Below are positions 56,982 through 64,000 of a stretch of DNA of 64,000 nt, piece after piece. Source of the DNA: an uncultured Gemmatimonadales bacterium (GTDB taxonomy: Bacteria > Gemmatimonadota > Gemmatimonadetes > Longimicrobiales > Gaopeijiaceae); assembly GCA_963823035.1 (NCBI GenBank), contig CAWGKG010000004.1, positions 160,001 to 224,000 on the forward strand. The letters run 5' to 3'. A program made the translations under genes and the position numbers. Every line of letters starts with the position of its first letter. Position 1 is the first letter of the stretch. The notes under the pieces were generated by a model, which did not search any database, was not told where the DNA came from, and saw only the letters and a list, made by a program, of their open reading frames with translations.

Positions 56982-57431
56982 TCAGCGCTCCGCGAGCGAC
57001 TCCTGAGCGGCCACGACCTCGTCCATGCGGTCGGGCGCCACGGCGCGCACCCAACCCGCGAAGGAGGCATCCGTCACCAGAGCCTCCACGTCGGCGGCGT
57101 TCAGGTCCACGTCGGCACGACGTCCATTCTCGCAACGTACACGCAATGTGGTCGGCGTGTAGATCCCGCTGGTGAGCGCAGAGACCAGCCCGTTGAGAAA
57201 CGTCTGCTTCGCGATCACCGTCGCGTTGCCCGAGGGGCACATGCGCTCGACATCCACATCCACGTGGCCGATCAGCCCCGCGATCCAGAAGTGCTCCCAC
57301 TGGTCGAGGACGACGGGCGCGTGGGGCGCTCCCGCCCCCACCGTGATGGTGTGCTCGTAGCACCCGGCCACGGTGAGAACCAGCATCGTAGACGCCAACA
57401 TCCGTCCGCACCACCGCGCTCCGACCTTCAT
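56982..57431 (-). CDS. Bor/Iss-family lipoprotein with a C-terminal extension
   Basis: SD GAGGAGG; lipobox VAGC; HFWIAGLIG..C..QTFLNGLV..LTSGIYTP..C. Confidence 0.8.
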   Translation of the reverse strand: MKVGARWCGRMLASTMLVLTVAGCYEHTITVGAGAPHAPVVLDQWEHFWIAGLIGHVDVDVERMCPSGNATVIAKQTFLNGLVSALTSGIYTPTTLRVRCENGRRADVDLNAADVEALVTDASFAGWVRAVAPDRMDEVVAAQESLAER

Positions 57432-57631
57432 TCGCGCCTCCTCGTAGGTTCGCGTCCGTCCGCCCTCGCGACGATCCGGTGACATGGGAACGGAAGCATC
57501 GCTCCGTGCCACCGCCCGACGAGTCTGCCCAACGCATTGTGTTGCAGGTACTTGCGTATACGCAGCGAGTTGTGGCCGGCACCTCCGGCGTCCTCCCGTG
57601 GCGACAGCTGCTCCATGTCGATCAGACACGC

Positions 57632-57660
57632 TTGCGTACGGCGACCGAGTTGGACATAGT
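57632..57660 (+). promoter_or_regulatory. Putative sigma70 promoter for an intergenic transcript
   Basis: TTGCGT-N17-CATAGT. Confidence 0.4.
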
Positions 57661-57665
57661 AGATA

Positions 57666-57911
57666 TGGCTGTCCGCCCCGTGGGCCGCGCAAGACGCCGC
57701 CAGCGGGGACAGATGGAAGGTCCCGAGGCCCTCCGGCGGAGGGCACGCGATACGTCGCGTGGCATGAGACGGACAGTGCGGACCGCACGCTGTGCCGGAA
57801 TCGTGCGGACCCCGTAGGTAGACCATCGGCGCCCCTCCTGGAGGAGGCCATGCCACCCGGCAGTTTCGGGAGGCCCGGAAGCGTGTGAAACGCTCCGGGC
57901 CTCCTTCGTTT
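57666..57911 (+). ncRNA. Candidate structured small RNA, family unknown
   Basis: Promoter-like element, several hairpins, 11 GGA trinucleotides and a plus-oriented terminator, in a gap between two minus-strand genes. Confidence 0.4.
57869..57911 (+). terminator. Rho-independent terminator, possibly bidirectional
   Basis: GGAGGCCCGGA-A-GCGT / ACGC-TCCGGGCCTCC stem, then TTCGTTT. Confidence 0.75.
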
Positions 57912-59540
57912 CAGGCCGGCGCGTTCGGTCGCGTCCCTCCGAACTCCTCGCGCAGCCGCGCCTTCTGGACCTTGCCGGTGGCACCGAGGGGGAGGGCGTC
58001 CAGGAAGACGATGTCGTCAGGGAGCCACAGCTTCGCCACCCGCGTCTCGAGAAACGTCGAGGATCGACTCCCGGGTGGGCGACGCGCCGGCTGCCGCCTG
58101 GACGAAGAGCAGAGGGCGTTCGCCCCACTTCTCGTGCGGGACTCCGATCACGGCGGCCATCGCGACCTCCGGGTGACGCCCGGCCGCGTCCTCGAGGTCG
58201 ATGGAGCTGATCCACTCGCCTCCGGACTTGATGAGGTCCTTCTTCCGGTCCGTGATCTGCATCGTCCCGTCGGGGTGGATCACGGAGATGTCCCCGGTGG
58301 GGAACCAACCGTCCTCCGTGAGCGCGCTCCCCGGCTCGTCTCCATAGTAGGCCGAACACACCCACGGGCCACGGATCTCGAGCTCGCCGAAGGCCTTCCC
58401 GTCCCGGGGTAGGGGCGTGCCGTCGGCGTCCACGATCCGCAGCTCCACGCCCGGGACCTGTCGGCCCTGGCGGACGATGTGCTCGACCTTCTCGTCCTCG
58501 GTGAAGTCCGCCTCGAAGGGTGACAGCGCGCTCATGGTCCCGATCGGGCTCGTCTCGGTCATCCCCCAACCGTGCAGCACATCGATGCCGCGGGTGAGGA
58601 AGCGCTCGACCATGGAGCGGCCGGGGGCTGCGCCCCCGGTGGTGGCCGTGCGCAGCGTCGGGACGCTCGCGCCGGTCTCGTCCCAATGCGCGAGCAGACC
58701 GAGATGGACCGTGGGAACGCCGCAGTAGGTGGTCACGCCCTCCGCGTTCATGAGCTCCGTGAGGCCGGCTCCGTCCAGGCGCGGGCCCGGCATGACCAGC
58801 TTGTAGCCGCACATCGCGGCCCCGTACGGGACACCCCACGCGTTGACGTGGAACATCGGCACGACGGGAAGCAGGGCCTCCTCCGGGCCGATCGAGAGCA
58901 TCCCCGGCATGGCGGCGCCATAGGCGTGCAGCACGGACGAGCGGTGCGAGTACACCACGCCCTTCGGGTTGCCCGTGGTCCCGGACGTGTAGCAGATGCC
59001 GGAGGCCGTGTTCTCGTCGAACGTCGGCCAGGTGTATGCGCCGTCCTGCGCCTCGAGAAGATCCTCGTAGCAGAGCGCGTTCGGCACCGTGGTCTCGGGC
59101 ATGTGCTCGCGGTCCGTCATCACGACCAGGTGGCGCACGGTCTGGAGCTTCTCCCAAACCGCCTCGACGAGAGGAAGGAACGTCAGGTCGACGAAGAGGG
59201 CGCGGTCCTTCGCGTGGTTCAGGACGTAGACACCCTGCGTCGGGTGGAGGCGCGGATTCACCGTGTGGATGACGGCGCCCATCCCCGACACGCCGTAGTA
59301 GAGCTCGAGGTGTCGGTGCGTGTTCCAGGCGATCGTGCCCACCACGTCACCCTCTGCGATCCCCAGAGCCGCGAGGGCCTGGGCGAGCTGCCGGGCGCGC
59401 CGATGCGCGTCCTGCCAACCGTAGCGGTGGATGGGCCCCTCCACCGTCCGGGTGACGATCTCCGTGCGACGGAACACCGCGTCGGCGTGCTCGATGAGCG
59501 AGGAGACGAGCAGGGGTGTCTCCATCATCAGACCGCGCAT
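57911..59540 (-). CDS. Medium/long-chain acyl-CoA ligase (DmdB/AlkK-like), one frameshift near the C-terminus
   Basis: [55 protein letters not shown]. Confidence 0.9.
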
Positions 59541-59845
59541 GGCTGACTCCGGGCGGGGGTGGGCGGGGCGCACAAGCTAGGCGGGGCGCGCCCGCTCCCG
59601 CAAAGACAGCGCCTCTGGCGCGGGCCACCGGGCGATTCGGGCGACCGCCTCGCGGTCGCCGGGGGGACGCCGTCGCCACCACGCTGGCCAGGCGGAACCC
59701 GGGAAGCCATGGCCGACGCCGCCGCCCACCACGCATCGCGAACTCTCGGCACACCACACTAGTTTGCCCCGGCTCGGCGTCCGCCATGGTGCGGGGTTGC
59801 CGCCGACCTGTCCGAAACCGGGACCCTGCCCATCCGGAGACCGCC

Positions 59846-60121
59846 ATGCACGCCTCCCTCCTCCAGCAGCTCACCGACGAGGAGCTCGACGCCTACATCC
59901 TCACGCGCCTCGCGGCCGTGGGGGTGGACCTCTCCGTGCTGCCGGAGAACGATCCCGACGCGCCTGCGGATCGTCGGGGAATCCTCGCGGGAGCGCGGCG
60001 CTTCCTGCGAAGCACGCCGCCCGCGATCCTGGCCTGGGAGCCCGACGTGCAGCGGGTGGCGCCGTCGATGTACCCCGCGGCGCTCGCGCCCCTCCTGCGC
60101 GAGGAGGGCGGCCATGGCTGA
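59846..60121 (+). CDS. Small hypothetical protein overlapping the amidase start
   Basis: SD GGAG; 91 aa; 8-nt overlap with the next gene. Confidence 0.65.
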   Translation: MHASLLQQLTDEELDAYILTRLAAVGVDLSVLPENDPDAPADRRGILAGARRFLRSTPPAILAWEPDVQRVAPSMYPAALAPLLREEGGHG

Positions 60122-61848
60122 GGTCCCGCCGCAGGATCGCCGGATCGATCGCAGGCTCTTCCTCGAGCACATGGCGCGCCTCACGGCGGCCGCCGCCGGC
60201 GTGGCGCTCACGCCCGCCCCCACGTCGGCCGCCGTCGTCGCGACCACGCCGTACCTGCGCTCGCTGCGGCTCCCCGAGCCCGATACCGTCCCGGCCACCG
60301 AGCCGTTCGAGATGACGTTGGTGCAGCTGGCTTCCCTCATCCGCGCCCGCTCGCTGAGCCCGACGGAGCTGCTCGGGGCGTATCACCGGCGCATCCGCGC
60401 GTACGACGCCGTGCTCAAGGCGTTCAACACCGTGCCGGAGGACGCCGCGGCCGAGGAGGCCCGACGGCTGACGGACGCACCGTGGTCGGGCCCGCTGCAC
60501 GGCATCCCGCTCGCGATCAAGGACAACTACTACACGGCCGGCGTGCGCACGACGGCGAACTCGCACATCTTCGCGGACTTCGTCCCCGACTTCGACGGAA
60601 CCGCCTGGGCACGCCTGAAGGCGGCGGGCGCGATCCTCCTCGGAAAGACGCAGATGGGGCCCCTGGCGACGAGCCGGGCGACGACGCCGGACGGCGAGCC
60701 GACCACCGTGAACGCATGGGCGCCGGCCGACCCCTCGGTGGATCCCGGCGGCTCGTCGAGCGGGTCGGCAACGTCCGTCGCGGCGCGCATGGCGGCCTCC
60801 AGCACCGGAACGCAGACCGGCGGGTCCATCACGAACCCGTCGAGCCGGCAGGGGCTCACCGGCCTGAAGCCCACCATGGGGAGGGTCTCGCTCCACGGGA
60901 TCATCCCGCTGACGTATACGCGCGATCATCCCGGTCCCCTGGCGCGCGACGCCGCCGACGCGGCGGTCATGCTGCAGACCATGGCGGGGCCGGACCCACG
61001 CGACCCACGCACCCTCGGTCACCCCCCCGTCCCGGACCTCGTGCAGGCGGCCGAGCCCGTCCGGCAGCGGGACGGGGTGACACTGCGCTGGCCGTCCACG
61101 ATCGGGGTGCTCCCCGGCTACCTGGACGCGCCGGACGACGACGACCCGGGTGGCTTCGGGGGGTTCCGCCGCCGGGAAGAGACGGCGGAGGAGCGCGAAC
61201 GACGCGTGCGCGAGGCGCGCGAGCGCCGGAGCGCGGAGGAGGAGGCGCGCCGCGCGATGCTCTCGACCTTCGAGTCCCTCGGTGCCCGCGTCGTCGAGGT
61301 CGGAGCTACCGGAGGAGTGGGAGCTGCTCACGGGCGGCGACTTCAACAACGTCCGCCTGCCGGAGCGCACCGAGCCGTTCCTGACGTACATGAAGAAGGA
61401 CGTGCGTCTCTTCGGCGTGTCCCTCTCGCCCTGGGTCAACGGCCTCCTCCTCGGGGGGCCGGAGTACCTGCGCGGCCAGAGGGCCAAGCTGGTGCTCCTC
61501 GAGCGCGTGCTCGACGGGCTCTTCGCGCAGTGCGACGTGGTGGTTCAGACTTCGCCCATCCCCTTCGACATCATCGGTCTCCCGCTCATCGCCTTTCCGA
61601 TCGGAATGGAGCGCTCGCGCGGCTTCGACCTCCCCGTGGCCGGGATGTTCGGGGGGCTCCCCTGGGGCGAGGAGCGGCTGCTGTCGCTGGTGGCCGCCTA
61701 CCAGGCCGTGACGGACTGGCACCAGCGCCGCCCGGCGGATCCCGCCCCGGCGACCGGGGGCGCGGACGGTCGCGGAGCCGGCTCGGAGGCGACGTCGCCC
61801 ACTGCGCGACGTCTGGACGTCCACGACGTGATGGAGGAGGGCCAGTAG
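60114..61848 (+). CDS. Tat-exported amidase-signature family enzyme, one frameshift
   Basis: DRRLFL; GPLHGIPLAIKD, GKT, PGGSSSGS, GTQTGGSI, GLKPTMGRVS. Shift near 61300. Confidence 0.88.
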
Positions 61849-62620
61849 ATGGAGGCGCGCGCCGCGGAGCCCACCCGGCTCCTGGAGGAGATGTCCTGGC
61901 CGGAGGTCGAACGGGCACTCGCCGGCGGGGCGAACCACGGTGGTGGTGGCGCTGGCCGCCATCGAGCAGCACGGACCCCACCTCCCGCTCCTGGTGGACG
62001 CCGCGCGGGGCGACCGCCTCGCGCTCGAGGTTGCGACGCGCCTGGGCGACGACGCGCTGGTTGCCCCCACGATCCGCGTGGGCTGCTCCGAGCACCACAT
62101 GACGTTCCCGGGAACGATCTCCCTCCGGCGTTCCACGCTGGAGGCGATCTGCATGGACTATTGCGTCAGCCTGGCCCGTCACGGTTTCCGCCGGATCTGC
62201 CTGGTCCCGTCCCACGGGGGCAACTTCGGCCCGCTGAGCGACATGCTCGCCGACCTGCGCAGCGCCGTGGCTCCGGAGTGCGAGGTGCTGGCGTACACCG
62301 ACCTCATCGGGTTCATGGACGTCTGGGTGGCGGCCGTCGCGGAGGTGTCGGAGGACCTGGCGGTTCGCGTGGGAGGCCATGCGGACGTGGCGGAGACGTC
62401 CGAGATGATGGTGATCCGTCCCGATCTCGTCCGGGAGGACCGCCTGAGCGCCGGCTACACCGGAGGCACGGATCCGGCGGTCTTCCGGCGCATCTTCGAG
62501 GAGGGGCTCCGCGCCGTGACCGACAACGGCGTCCTCGGCGACGCGCACGGGGCCACGGCGGAGATCGGCCGGCGCTGCATCGAGCGGGCGGCGGACGCCG
62601 TCGTGCGGGGGCTGGGCTAG
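61849..62620 (+). CDS. Creatininase/MftE-family amidohydrolase, one frameshift
   Basis: EEMSWPEV, EQHGPHLP..D, GCSEHH..FPGT, SHGGN, GHAD..ETS, NGVLGD. Confidence 0.88.
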
Positions 62621-62760
62621 GAGGCTGCCGGGCCCGCCCGCGAGATCGACGGGTCACATCGCCTGGTTCGGAGGCCTGGGCGACACGACCTTCTTCGGCG
62701 CCAGGCCGGTTGTGCATAGTTTTGAAGAAGCCAGGCCCTCCCCGAAACGACTCGAGAGCC

Positions 62761-64000
62761 ATGAACGAGCGCGTCCTGATCCTGGGAGCCGCGGGTCGCG
62801 ACTTCCACGTCTTCAATACCGTCTACCGCAACCATCCCACCGCCCGCGTGGTGGCCTTCACCGCCCAGCAGATCCCCCACATCGACGGGCGCCGCTATCC
62901 CCCCGAGCTTGCCGGCGCCGCCTACCCGGAGGGCATCCCCATCCGTCGGGAGGAGGAGCTGGACGAGATCATCGCGTCGGAGGGCGTGACGCGATGCGTC
63001 ATGGCGTACTCCGACGTCTCCTACGACTACGTGATGCACCTGGCGAGCCGCGTGAACGCGGCGGGTGCCGACTTCGAGCTCGGTGGCGCCGCGCGCACCA
63101 TGCTGCCGTCCACGCGTCCCGTCGTGGCCGTGTGCGCGTCGCGTACGGGCGTCGGGAAGAGCCAGACGAGCCGAGCCGTCGCGAACCTCCTGCGCGGAGC
63201 GGGGCTGCGCGTCGGCGTGGTCCGCCACCCCATGCCCTACGGCGACCTGGTGAAGCAGCGCGTGCAGCGCTTCGCCGGCGAGGAGGATCTCGTCCGCTAC
63301 GAGGCGACGATCGAGGAGCGCGAGGAGTACGAGCCGCACATCGCGAATGGCTCCCCGGTCTTCGCCGGCGTCGACTACGGGGCGATCCTGAGGGCCGTGG
63401 AGGAGGAAGCGGACGTGGTGCTCTGGGACGGGGGCAACAACGACACCTCCTTCTTCGAGGCCGACGTCTACATCACGCTCGTCGACCCGCACCGCCCGGG
63501 CCACGAGCTGTCCTACTACCCGGGGGAGACGAACGTCAGGCTCGCCGACGTCGTCATCGTCAACAAGGTGCAGACCGCCGAGCCCGAGAACGTCGAACGG
63601 GTGATCGCGAACGTCCGCAGCGTGAACCCGCGCGCCATGATCCTCAAGGCCGCGTCGCCGCTCACGGTGGACGATCCCTCGGTCCTCACCGGCAAGAGGG
63701 TCCTCGTCGTCGAGGACGGCCCCACCCTCACGCACGGCGGCATGAAGTACGGCGCGGGCGTGCTCGGCGCGCGCGACGCCGGCGCGGCCGAGATCGTCGA
63801 TCCGCGCCCCTTCCTGGTCGGTGAGCTCGAGGAGACGTTCCGGAAGTACCCGGACCTGGGCGCCCTCCTCCCGGCGATGGGCTACGGGGAGAAGCAGGTC
63901 GCCGACCTCGAGGCGACCCTGCGCCGCGCGGCGGAGGGCGGCGTCGAGGCGGTGGCGGTCGGAACGCCGATCGACCTGCAGAGGCTCGTCGACGATCCCG
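62761..64000 (+). CDS. COG2403 P-loop protein (cyclic 2,3-diphosphoglycerate synthetase-like / arginine synthetase-like), runs off the window end
   Basis: Not in the ORF track because no stop is in the window. ILGAAGRDFHVFN, RTGVGKSQTSR, RHPMPYG, TIEEREEYEPH, WDGGNND, EDGPTLTHG. Confidence 0.85.
   Translation, partial: MNERVLILGAAGRDFHVFNTVYRNHPTARVVAFTAQQIPHIDGRRYPPELAGAAYPEGIPIRREEELDEIIASEGVTRCVMAYSDVSYDYVMHLASRVNAAGADFELGGAARTMLPSTRPVVAVCASRTGVGKSQTSRAVANLLRGAGLRVGVVRHPMPYGDLVKQRVQRFAGEEDLVRYEATIEEREEYEPHIANGSPVFAGVDYGAILRAVEEEADVVLWDGGNNDTSFFEADVYITLVDPHRPGHELSYYPGETNVRLADVVIVNKVQTAEPENVERVIANVRSVNPRAMILKAASPLTVDDPSVLTGKRVLVVEDGPTLTHGGMKYGAGVLGARDAGAAEIVDPRPFLVGELEETFRKYPDLGALLPAMGYGEKQVADLEATLRRAAEGGVEAVAVGTPIDLQRLVDDP

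Noticed and set aside
57551..57652. Imperfect direct repeat CTTGCGTA-N7-CGAGTTG, two copies 80 bp apart
   Set aside because: Only two degenerate copies, so not a CRISPR array. It could be a regulator site but I cannot support that.

Overview
A very GC-rich bacterial chromosomal window, densely packed with about 48 genes or gene remnants. The gene content (two ADOP-type ABC permeases with PadR, a BNR/VPS10 glycosyl hydrolase, many Tat/Sec-exported hydrolases) suggests Gemmatimonadota or Acidobacteriota; this is inference only. Many otherwise intact genes carry 1-bp frameshifts that look like long-read assembly errors, so several long ORFs in the supplied track are chimeras or antisense artefacts. 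In order: soxC plus cytochrome c; a decayed patch at 4-10 kb (in-frame-deleted cls, USP, mntH, htpX, zntB and TonB-receptor remnants); a 12 kb minus-strand sugar operon (ABC importer, FucI-like isomerase, two DUF2961/GH172 proteins, a Tat-exported GH116); transport and envelope genes; a hybrid histidine kinase; PPi-type pfk, glgA and glgP; a sigma54-type promoter before an OmpA lipoprotein; a SAM-I riboswitch-led metX-metB-aspartokinase operon; a candidate 245-nt sRNA; and an amidase/creatininase/COG2403 cluster. The best candidate for an undescribed system is the sugar operon, which looks like a D-arabinofuranoside (D-arabinan-type) utilisation locus. I saw no rRNA, tRNA, CRISPR array, transposase or integrase. 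All family assignments come from motif recognition by eye, not from database searches.
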